From Macrostomum lignano (taxonomy: Eukaryota), in NCBI GenBank assembly GCA_002269645.1, contig NIVC01001356.1, positions 243,381 through 307,380 of the forward strand: a stretch of 64,000 nt of DNA. The letters are read 5' to 3'. This document shows positions 11,298-22,286 of the stretch, piece after piece (positions within the stretch are counted from its first letter, which is position 1; each line of letters opens with the position of its first letter). The position numbers and the translations under genes are program-made. Below the pieces are notes generated by a model. The model had not been told where the DNA came from. It worked only from the letters and a program-made list of their open reading frames with translations, and did not search any database.

Positions 11298-12203
11298 AAC
11301 TTCGCTTAAAACATCTGCATTACCGTCCTGTGTCAGTGCTTTGGGTTTGAGGACTCTTCCCTCTCTCTCCCTCTCTAGCTCTCTGTCCCCTTCTCTCCCT
11401 CGATCAATTCCCGAGTCCTTTCTTTCATTGAGGGGTTGAGCACTCCCTGTTACGCAGCCTGCTTTGTGAAGGTGATTTCCATCGCCTAAAAGTGTAGGGG
11501 CAATGGGAGATTTGTCTCAGTTCTAGCCGGCTCCCGAATAGACGAAAAACGCGCCGACTGAGTGAGTCGCCAACAACCCCACTCCCTCCCTGCCTCCCAT
11601 CCCTCCTGTCCATCACGAGTTCCTTGTGCGGTTTTGCATCCCCCCCCCGACGTTCCCCTGCGCCCGCCCCATCCATCCATCTTCCTTTTGAGTCTTATTA
11701 TTTGCTTTTCTATCCAGGAACCCCTGCACCACAACCTCTTGGACGAAAGGTCTCGGTTGGTTATTTCTATATGGGAGGAGGATTGTCTATTCTAAGCTCA
11801 ATCTATCAATCACTCTACTAGCTCAAGCTCAATCTCAGAATAACACTCGCATCCAGCACAAACTAGCTTTGTATAAGCTTAACTATGATACAGTGTTAGC
11901 TATCGTGACTATTTCGGCTCGTGTGCAAGCAATTCTGTCAGTATAATTTGGCTTTTTATATATAACCTTATCTTGGGGCTGAGGCCTGTACAGTGCTTGG
12001 AAGAATTCAGATTTGTCACCCAGGCACAAGCGAACAAGTAGTCCTGTTATTGCAGTTGTTGTACAGTACTGATAAAGCGCTTCTACGTCTTAACCTATTT
12101 CAAGTGTTTATAAATTTATCTGTATATTTACCAGGCCTAGCTATAATTCTTTCAGAACCGAAACACTAATTAACGAGCAAGTATCTCAGGAACCCAGGAA
12201 GAA

Positions 12204-14728
12204 ATGCGCATTGGACTGTTCTGCTATTTTCGACGATGGAACAGCTTGATTTCATCGGCAAGAGGAAGGAGGCAGCTTCGCTGGTTGCTAGCGGCTTGCT
12301 GTTTGACAGTTCTGCTTGGATGGCAAAGTGAGTCTTTGCTAAGCTTATCTGCCATTGCTAATCGTTGTGGTTGTAGCCTAGAGGTTCTGAAGCCCAGTGG
12401 TTAGAGTGTCGGACACACGACTTAAAGGTCGGGGGTTCGACTCTTAACCAACTCGGAACAATTTGTGTCATTGAGCAAGACGCTTAAGCTTAAGTCTTTG
12501 CTTCAGTTCACCCAGTTGTAAAATGGGTGCCAGCATTAGCCATAGGGTAATTGAGGGTGTGTGATAAGTCAAATGGGCGGAATCAGATCAATTGTTGCTA
12601 TCATTATGCTCACTGGAGATTGTAACACTCCAGCATGCAAAAGGAGGATTGCAAGCTGCAACATTAACCTCATAATCTAAAAATGCGCCCGAAACAACCT
12701 AGCTAAGTTAGGGAACTAATGAATCCTTCCACACTCAACACCCGTCAGTTCTGATGCAAAACGACATGGAACTCCGCGACCTCGCCGCTCTGGTCCGTGA
12801 CCGAAACGCTGCCGCTGAGATCCAATTCGCTCTGTCGGAGAACTCGCCGTTGGCTACCAGTGTCGGTTGTCCAGCCAACGCCACTTGTATCGGCTTGGCT
12901 ACCAGAATCTTCCGCAGCTACAGCTACTGGAATGAGGTGCTGCAGCCTGGCCTGGTGCCTGCCTGCGCCTCCAACTGCCGGCTCATTGCTGACCATTCGC
13001 AGGCCCACGCGCTGCTGTTTCACGCCTACGATCTGCCCAGTCGGAGACGTCTGCGTCGCATGCGACAGACGCTGCCGCGGAATCAGCTGTGGATCTACTA
13101 CAGCATCGAGAGTCCGATGCAGATGACTACTCAACGATGCGGTCGGCATTGCTTGAAAGCGACCTGGTTATCCTTTGTTGACGACACTCTGGCCTACTTA
13201 AAACAGTTCACGTTTCCTTCCTACCTGTTGCGAGAATACCCGGACACTACAGAGGAGGCGACTTACTTTAATTGGACGATGACTTACCGACGCGATTCGA
13301 CAATCTACACGCCCTACGCTCGGTTTGAGCCGGTTGTCAGCGCGACTGGAGAGAAGCATAGCGGGTAAGGAGATGGCAGCTACTTCAGCGTGCACTGTTG
13401 TAGGCTTCACAGCTACATCCTGCTTAAATCCCGATGAAAATGTTACCGTGACAAGAATGGCTAAGTAGTCATTGCAAACAACTCACAAGTGACTCTTGCG
13501 ATTCTTGGGTGAATCTTGTACGACTCAAATGACTTTAATGCGACGGAGAGGCGACTTTGAAAGTCACGAGCGCGCATCACGTGAATTCTAGAATCGCAGG
13601 GAGTCGTGAAAAAGTCGTCCATGCTTGTCGTCGAGTCTGTTTGTTATTAGTCTGCCTAACTTTCTACTAACTTAAGTAGATCATGTAGTGACGCAGGTGC
13701 GCTTTAGACACAACTCAGTGATTCTAGAGTGACTCTCGCTAGCACGCCTCAGATACGACTCTACGGCCCCAGAGTCGTTAAAGCCTCAAATTGACTCTTA
13801 GGTGTCCTTTTGACGACTTTTTGGCTACTTGTGCCGTCTGTGTTACCTGCAAAAACTCTGAAGCGACTCTGGGACGCTTCTCGGCCTATAGGTACCGTTT
13901 TCATCGGGAAATGCTTAGCTTACAAGTATAATGTTCCACCTCTTCCCCATCCCTTCTTAACTTGTAATTGGAATCCCTTAATTCACTGATTGAATTGATG
14001 CCAGAATTGAAGTAGCTATCCTTAATAACAAGCTAGAGGAATTAAACTGCCTCGGAATTATGAAATTTTGAATCGAAACCGCTGCCCTACGTTCCAGACC
14101 GATCGCTCTGCCTCCGAAAGTCTCCCTTGCCGAGAAGAGATTCCTCAGCTTCATAGCCGCGTCCAACTGCTATCCGTCCAACCGTCGGCAAGAAATTCTG
14201 ACGGAGCTCGCCAAGCACATGGAGCTGCACTTTTACGGACGTTGTGGCGACAGAGTACTGCCAGACAGTCAGAGCATGGTTGACCTTTCTAGACAGTACT
14301 ATTTTCACCTGAGCTTTGAAAATGTATTCTGTCGCGACTATATCACGGAGAAGTTCTACTCCAACGGGTTGTGGGGCCACGCGGTGCCAGTGGCATTTGC
14401 TGGCTACTCCAAGGAGGAGCTCGAGGCCGTGGCCCCGCCGCATTCGTTTATCTACGCTGGAGACTTCAAGTCGCCAACTGAGCTAGCCGAGCATTTGAAG
14501 AGTTTAGCGGCAAATTCTGAGAAGTACAACGCCTACCACCGCTGGAGACGAACCTTTGGCTTCGTAGACAACTACCGGAACCCGTCTTATAATGTGTTCT
14601 GCCAGATCTGCCGGAAGCTGCAGCAGGCGCCCAATACTGCTGCAGAAGTGGACTTGAACAAATTCTATAATATTAGCCAGCAGTGCAGGCCGCTTGATTA
14701 CAATCCTTTTTCTGCTCATAAAGTATAG
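12204..14728 (+). CDS. Alpha-1,3-fucosyltransferase (GT10), 4 exons: 12204-12327, 12749-13141, 13253-13364, 14098-14728 (419 aa)
   Basis: N-terminal signal anchor (WLLAACCLTVLLGW) followed by a GTGAGT donor. All three GT..AG introns are phase-compatible (1, 1, 2) and the exons sum to 1260 nt. Motifs: LLFH, WIYYSIESP, FNWTMTYRRDS, ASNC, YGRCG, LSFENVFCRDYITEKF, APPHSFI, YHRWR. Confidence 0.9.
12369..12565 (+). mobile_element. tRNA-derived CORE-like SINE (copy 2), in intron 1 of the fucosyltransferase
   Basis: agtggttagagtg A box, ggttcgactc B box, then cttcagttcacccagttgtaaaatggg; collinear with 1985-2181. Confidence 0.75.
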
Positions 14729-14806
14729 TTAATTAGCTGGCTTTAATCATTGATTTCCAAGCAGTTGGCTCGCTTTTTTACTGTTATTTATCTCTTAAAA
14801 TAAAGG

Positions 14807-15120
14807 GTGAGGCTCCCTGTGTCTCTGTCTGTCTGTCTTTGTGAGGCTCCCTAAGACATTCTCGGTTTTAGTGAGGCTCCCTAAGTCACTCTCGGTTTTA
14901 ATGAGGCTCCCTGAGTTACAACTCTGCTTTAGTAAGGCTACCGGAGTCTGCTGCGTTCTTTTGTGGCTCCCTGCGTCATTTGCGTTTTAGTGAGGCTCCT
15001 TGCGTCACTCTCCGTTTTAGTGAGGCTCCCTGTGTCACTCTCCGTTTTAGTGAGTCTCCCTGCGTCAATTTCCGTCCTAGTGAGGCTCTCCGCGTCACTC
15101 TCTGTTGTGCTGTGACTCTC
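14807..15120 (+). repeat. 30-bp minisatellite (tttagtgaggctccctgcgtcactctccgt), about 10 degenerate units
   Basis: Seen directly; related array at 54046-54312. Confidence 0.9.
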
Positions 15121-16019
15121 AAAGTATGCGTTCTGTTTGTTTACGGCAGGCTTCTGAAGTACATGCAGCTCTCATTTCTTCTGGTGAGGCTGAATTCCTA
15201 CTTCAATAGCAGTTGAAGTTATACCTCAAATTCTACGTCAGTTATCATGCAATTCTGATTTGTCTCCGCTATTTTAAAAGCATATTATGCTGTGTTTTAT
15301 ATTACTTGTGCTTTAACCCGAGTGTACATTCGTCGGAATTCTATGTCGCTCAAATTCTGTATGAATAAACTTCTAAACAATTTATGACACAGCACCGATT
15401 CTGCAGCCTTTGAACGACGTACGCTTGTATATTTGGCTTTATTGATCGATTGCATTGGATTTATAAATTGTCAGCGATAGAATAACGATTAGAATAAAAA
15501 CGACTCGCCCCTGAGGAGCGGAGGTTAAAATGTACAGAGCCACGCATACAAAGAGCATGTGACCAAATAAAGGAATAGAATAACAAACACAAACACGAAG
15601 GCCCAACCTCCACCCGCAAACCTCGCACTACTCTCTCCCAAGAAAAGCACAACTGGAGAAACAACAACAAGAAATAACGGCTTCATCCGGTCAGTCGGCG
15701 CTTGCCGTTCACAGCCTGCAGCCGGTAGTTCACTGGGCCGACATTCTTGGCGATGGTATACGGAGCGGACTATCGGTTCGACAGCGCGTCTTGGACTGTA
15801 ATCCGCGCTTAATCGTCTGGTGCGTCAGCATCACTCGGTCGTTGATCTTGAATTCGATCGTCTCAGCTCCGATCGGTTGTAGGACTCGTGCTGTGACCGC
15901 TGAGCGGCGTGCAAATGTGCTCGCACCACCTGGAAGCCCCACCGCGGTCGATTGTCGCTTGCATGCAGATCCGCGCGTTGTCCTGCGGCTGGTCGCGCTC
16001 GTCTCACTCACCACGAGCG

Positions 16020-16510
16020 CTAAATCGACCGGCAGTCTGGACTGCAATAGTTCTTGTTGTAAGGCGACTCGCCTGTAGAGATGTGCGCAGAGCTGTTGTA
16101 GGCCCATGCACACGACCTAGGGCAGAAGGGTATCCCAGCCGGTCTGATTCTCCGAGCTGAAGGTCGAAAGCATGCTGCCAAGCGTGTTGAGCCTCTCGAC
16201 ATTGCCGTTGCCGCTGGGGTGAAACGGTGAGTTCCGCAACCGTTTTAAGCAGTGCGCAGGCCTGCTTAAAAAATTCAGCCTCAAACTGGCGACCTTGATT
16301 GGAGTGCACGACTTCGGGAACACCATGCCGCAGGACAACGCGGCAGACGACGGTAGACGGCGCTGGTCAACAGGGCTTCGGCTACCGTCTTGGCGTCGAT
16401 TTGGCTGAGTGCCGCAGTCTCGATGTGGCTCTTAAAATCTTATTGAAAATTATCAAATTTACGTTGCGGGCGCGTTGCAAATTCCGAAGCCCATTTTTCG
16501 GAATTGCAGA
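16020..16510 (-). mobile_element. Degraded Gypsy pol remnant (short RT motif joined to a frameshifted integrase core)
   Basis: Minus-strand pieces in several frames: KMGFGICNAPAT (RT), IDAKTVAEALL, HGVPEVVHSNQGRQFE, SPFHPSGNGNVERLN, AWAYNSSAHISTGESPY. Confidence 0.8.
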
Positions 16511-16519
16511 TTTTTCAGA

Positions 16520-17334
16520 TCAGTTTCCCTGAGTCTCAATCGAGCACGCGAGAAGCTGATGCAGCTCGTAAAGGAAATCGAAAGCTACGAACAGACACGG
16601 CTCGGGAAGCGTCTGTGCACCATCGACCGCAGACTCCGCCTTCAACACTTTGCTGCCTGAAGCATCAGCCCAGAAGCCCTTCGTGTTGCTGCAGCATGAA
16701 ACCCAACCAGGCAAACGAGTCCTTGGATCTCGCTGTGGAACTCACAAATGCTCTGCTTCTCGCACAGCTGCATCACGTCCTTGAAATGCCGGTCGATGCT
16801 CAGCTGCAGGTCTCTCAGAGCTCCGCAAACGTCGCCCAGCTTCACTGGTCCTTGTTCGTCTTCGCTAGACACCGCGTCCTCGAGATCGCAGCACTCCAGC
16901 TCCATGCGCGAGGACAGCTCAAGGACGCTTCGAAGGTCGCTGGTGCTTTCCGCCGCTGCTATCGAGCTGTCGAACTTCTGCAGCACTGCAAAGTCGCTCA
17001 GCTTCTGCCTTGCTGCGTCAGTCCTGGCAGTGAGTCGACTCGTCACAGCTTCCTTGTGCTTCATCAGCGACTCAATGGCTTCATTGAGCAGATCCTCAGC
17101 CACCTGTAGCTCTGCTTCCAACACCTGCACGTCCGTTCTTAGACGGTCGCGGACGAGCCTCAGAGGCTGCAGCCTCGCCTCAACTCTGTCATGAATTTCA
17201 CGCACTCTGTCGGAGTCTCGGTCCAGGTGTCTCTGGCACAGAGGCTGCAGTGTCTGAGCTCCGATGCCAGAAGCTGCTTCGTTGCAGGTGGCCAGGGAGC
17301 AGCCCTGACTGCCTGCTTGAGTGGCTTCGGTCAT
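16520..17334 (-). pseudogene. ZnF-coiled-coil-NHL paralog A1 (class A), frameshifted and truncated in propeller blade 1
   Basis: ATG at 17334 (MTEATQ), C-x4-C-x15-C-x2-H, coiled coil; frameshift near 16710; homology stops after LLACSI, next to the Gypsy remnant. Confidence 0.85.
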
Positions 17335-19169
17335 GGCTCTTCTGAGCTGAAGCGGAGAGGTTGGGAGAAGCTGAGAGGCATTGTGAATTATATGCTCAGG
17401 AAATTGCAGAAGCTGCACTTTTACAAGCGTAGTCAGGTGGAGGGGCTCAGAAACTCATCTGGCCTAAAATAATGGGCTGAAGATCTCGTTGGAAATACCG
17501 ATCTCTTTCAATCATGACATACTCGTATTTTTTATTTTGTTCCCTACTAAAACTGAACATTCTGTCTCTCTCTCCTGCTGCTGCAGACGTAACTTGATAC
17601 TATGAGAATGAGAATTTTAGAGAAAATCCCATGATTAAACTTTAAATGATGACAGAAAAGTTGCAGTCGTCCTCCTTGCACACTAGTGAGTCTTCAGCAA
17701 AGTTAATTAATAAATATTGGGTTTGCTGCTCGCTAAAGGTTGGTCTGGTGTAGTTATTTAACCACTTAGCATTGATCCAGAACAGAGTAGGATAATCAAT
17801 ACGAATTTATACTGAGAGTCAGTACAGAGTTTAATATAAAACTCTGTACTGAGGTATTAGCTGACCTGCATACAAGAACAATAGTAAGCATTAAAAAGGT
17901 ACATAACTAAAAACATTTTAATCAAGCAATAAAAGTCAAAAGTGCAGTATAATTTGAACTTCTAACTTTTATATAGAATTTGGTGCAAGTAGCTATTTAG
18001 ATCTATTGGATTTTTCACTGATGACTTACTTTGTTTTCATTTTAAAAAACAAGCCACTTTCAATGCTTCAAAACCAGAAAATTTTCCATAAGTGTATTTA
18101 ACTAATTCCTAATTCATTTATGCTTACAGATAAATCGGAAATAAATACTGACCCATCTGTTTGTTCTGAGACACACTAAAACTTTAATACAATAAATTTT
18201 GTTTTTGTGTAAGGGTATTGGTATTGTAATTTTTACATTTGAATTGTAAGTTGAAGCAAGTTTACAGATTTATTGCAATTATTTGCATTTTGAAAATAAG
18301 TTAATTAAAAGCAAAGCTTATGCGTTGGATTGTGTCTGAGTCTGAGTTTTCTCTCTATTTGTTCCAAATTATAATTCGATTCATAACGCAGTCAAAGGTA
18401 AGGTAAGGTATATAAAACTTAATATTATTGTTCGGAATAAGTAATGGTATGCATGTCAGCATCGACACGTCGTATTGGCTATTTATTTTAGTTAGCAACG
18501 CGCATACTGCTTCCTTTAATATTCGCTCGTACATAGCCGTCTTTTCGAGTAAATATATAAATAAAACCACGACTAAGGTTTCAAGTTAAGCGCGTGCGCA
18601 ACATACACTAATGAAAACAGTGAATAAGTAAAACAAAAAATGATTATATATCGTTAATGTCTGTTAGTTCTTCAAGAGAGGTACAAGTGTAGCAATATAT
18701 TATTTTACTACCAGCAAATATAATTGAACGATACTCTTTAAAATACCTTTACAGTGCACTAACACTAACAAGGCAGAAGGCTTGGCTGCATGTGTGTGTT
18801 AAGAAATCGAACAAACACTTGAATGCTCATTTGTATGTGAAACTGGAGGATGTGCATGTACAATTGAATTTCCGTCTAATATGGTCGTTGTCGAGCTAGA
18901 TGTACATGTACACGTAATCCAATTCCTGCCAGTGAAATATATTTATTTGTTTGTACATGTACCCGTGGCAGTGAGCAGGGCCGTGTGGCCGGGACGGAGG
19001 GGTGAGCTTCTGCCGGGGCCGCCAAAAGCGAACCGACCAGCCCGCCGGCAGCATGGCCCCGCGTCTACGTCAGCAGCACGAACCTCAATTTCTGCAACGA
19101 GAGTAATACAACCTACGTTCGACAACGGGCGGTGGGCCCAAGTCATCGACATCCATGCACAATCGCATC

Positions 19170-19380
19170 GCCTGCTGGACTGCTATTCACAGTCACGGAC
19201 TGGCGAGTGTGGGACGAGGACTCGCTCTCGGACCATCGTTTTATCCTCTTTTGCATCGGGCTGACCAAGCAAAAGCCGAAGGTCACCTGGAGCCGGAACT
19301 TCAGGAATACCCAAGCGATCAACGAGTTTAAAAGTCAAGTCAGAGGGCCAAGACGGCCGGCCACCATGTGGCGCCAATAG
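19170..19380 (+). mobile_element. Non-LTR retrotransposon APE-endonuclease fragment (R1/LOA-like)
   Basis: Translates to VTDWRVWDEDSLSDHRFILFCI...RNFRNT; SDH is the catalytic C-terminal APE motif. Duplicated at 49563-49765. Confidence 0.65.
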
Positions 19381-22286
19381 TGCGGAGGGCTAATTGATGT
19401 CACTCACCCTGTAAGCCTGCGGGGTAAAAACACTCACAAAGCGACAGTTTTTAAACTCTGTTGAGGAAGCTCTTTCGCTATTTCCTGAAGAACTCTCTGC
19501 AGAGACCCTAGACCTCATAGTCGAATCCTCGACCCAGAAGGGCCTATCTACCCATGCCTGTATTTTATGGTGAGGATACAAAATTCGATAATTCCTACAC
19601 GAATAAATTCCTACATTTGTTGGGAATCTAAGTGTCTTTAGCACAGCTCATTTTGGCACTTTACAACAAAATGATTGATTTCCATAACGGGTCACTAGAT
19701 AAGGCGGGGGGACAAAGAATTTCCATCTTCCCCTAAAGCTTTTACTGGGAGGGGATATTCCCCCTGTCTCCCCCGTTAGCAACACGCCCTTGTTAGGTGC
19801 AAAAACTGTAAGATTTCGGTCAAAAACGATTTGAGTGATATGTCCTGGTCTCTTGTCCAGGCTTTGGAAACAGATGCCGTTGCGATTACGAATTCATCTG
19901 TAATTCATCTGTTGAGATTTCACTCGCCCAGCTGGAACGAGTCACAGCCACTCCGACGCACAGGCTGTACGAGCTACGATTTTTTGCTACGCTGCGACTG
20001 TCGACTCTCCGTCTTTTTAATCAGCAGCTCAGCTTATTCGCAACTTTGCACGTAATTGCTGCCACTTCCACACCAGCGAACACTAGAAATGTAACATCCA
20101 GTGCGCTGGTCTTGGTGAGATGTGGGAACTGCTGCTGATTCAGATAAGATCATAAAGAACTGTATTTTCGAAGCTAGGTGAATCTCAGCGATCAACTGTA
20201 CTACTATCTCTTCGATGAGAGATACATGCAGTGCAACAATCCATCAGTATTGGTGCAAGAATTTATTCGGACATAAAGAGGACAATAATGCGAAAATACA
20301 TTGTAGTTTGAATAATACTATAGCAGTTCCGCATAGTTGTCCGTTATCTCTGTTTCCCGCCGGTTGTCGATCGCGAACTGATTTTTCAATTAGTCATCAG
20401 AAACTGCAAAACAATAATTCAGCACAATCTTAGAATGTTTAGGAGCGCAAACTTACATGTATAAACTTTTGAAGTCTCGCCAATTCAAGCGCCACATTTT
20501 CTGATGAAATCTGACATCTTGAGGTGTTTATTGTACTGCCTTCTACCAATACTCGAATCCTGTTGCACATACTCACTTGTACGCTTTGTATTGCTTTACT
20601 GCTTCAAGCAAAACTCCTCGTTTCAAGCACTGACTGCATGAACTGTCCTTGTATGCCTCGCATAGTGTCTCTCGGCCATTTCTAGTACAGTTGAGGTCAG
20701 GAACCTTCGTCTGTTCGTCGATCGTCGATAGGTCGAGAGGAATGATATTCTGAGTGACATGCTTCTGAGACGTGGTGGACGCTGCGGCCGCGAAAGAAGA
20801 CGGCGAAGATAACGGTCAAGTAGCCCTTTTTTCCTTTTCGGGGCTTCGTATTTAATCCGTTTTGCATTGTCTCGGATAATGAGGATTGATGATCTGCTGA
20901 AAGCTGGCTCCTCGGGCGGTATTGGAACTTTTTCTTCCCCAAATCTTCCTTCACGTTCAGTCTAAATCAATCATCTCGAGTATTCTATCTGTTTAAATTG
21001 TGTCTTTGCTATCTGGTCGTTTAATGTGCGTCTAATTGTAATTCATTTCACTGGCTGGAATTCAATTACATGTAGCTGGAAAAAATGCATTCGACGTCAA
21101 AAAATGTACATTAAGATCCAACCAGTGTCTGTCCGATATTTACATATGCAGGTAACGCTTCTGACTTGTTGGTGCGAAAATGAAACATTTTGAGAATTTT
21201 TCTTCATTCTGTTCGTGTCAAAGTTTTGCTATATGGTTTGTATTTTATCTTTAAAAAAATAAGGTGCAACTCTATAAAGATTTAACTTTTTTGTTTTACT
21301 TAATTATACGCTCGTATCATTGTTTTCATTAGAGCGCACGCATTTAACATGATACCATACTCGGATTTTAATTATTCGAATCATTACCCGAAATCAAACG
21401 CTCACTAGGAACGAAAACAGATAGTTAAAATTTAAATTATTATTTTAATTTATTAGTTTCGAGTTCCCAACGAAGACATTAATTTTTATAATAATAAATC
21501 TTTGACAGCGTTTAGAATCTAATTCTACGAGTATTTTGCATGAACGGATAAATAGTGAAGTAAAATGAAGTAAATATTTGTAAAAATTGTCACTTTCTGA
21601 AATGTTCAGAATTTTGTGTTTTTAAGAATTAACAATAGCTGCACGATTAGAAAATATTTGGTGTGAAATTTTCAATTGTGCTACGCTTTTTAGGGGTAAC
21701 TCTTTATTACTTTAGATATAAAAAAATACTTATTAATAGAATATTTACTAAACGTTACAAACAAACAAACAGATCTTAGAGATTTAGTGTAGGTAGATTA
21801 TTTTTACTATTGCCTCAGTCAGTATTTCTGTATATTGCTGTACATGGTGCGAGACACAGTGTAGCAATTTAGTCTAAATATTCCAATATTTTAGTGTTCA
21901 ATACTTTCATACTTAATTTGCATAAATTGGTCCTCCTTATATTATGGCCTGTAATTTATTACGTTACGTCAACCGATATTTCATTGATAATAAATGTTGG
22001 CTAAATGTTCAAAATGGAAGGTTAAATTATGGCGGACTTATAAAAAGATAAATAGAAACTAAAAATAAATAATGATAATTTTAGCACCAAATTTTGAATC
22101 AAAATGGATCCATGATTGAAAGAGATCGGTATTTCCAATCAGCCGTTTAGGCCATAAGACACTATCCTAATTGAGTTCCTGAGTTCCTTCATCTGACTAA
22201 AAGTGCGGCTTCTGCAGTTTCCTGAGCACATAATTCACAATGCCTCTCAGCTTCTCCCAACCTCTCCTCTTCTGCTCAGAAGAGCC

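Noticed and set aside
14807-15120. 30-bp repeat array as a possible CRISPR
   Set aside because: Units are head-to-tail with no unique spacers, there are no cas genes, and the context is eukaryotic.
16642-17418. MQLLQFPEH... N-terminal extension of class A ORFs in the track
   Set aside because: Starts at a GTG upstream of a splice acceptor; the first ATG (MTEATQ/MAEATQ) is the plausible eukaryotic start.
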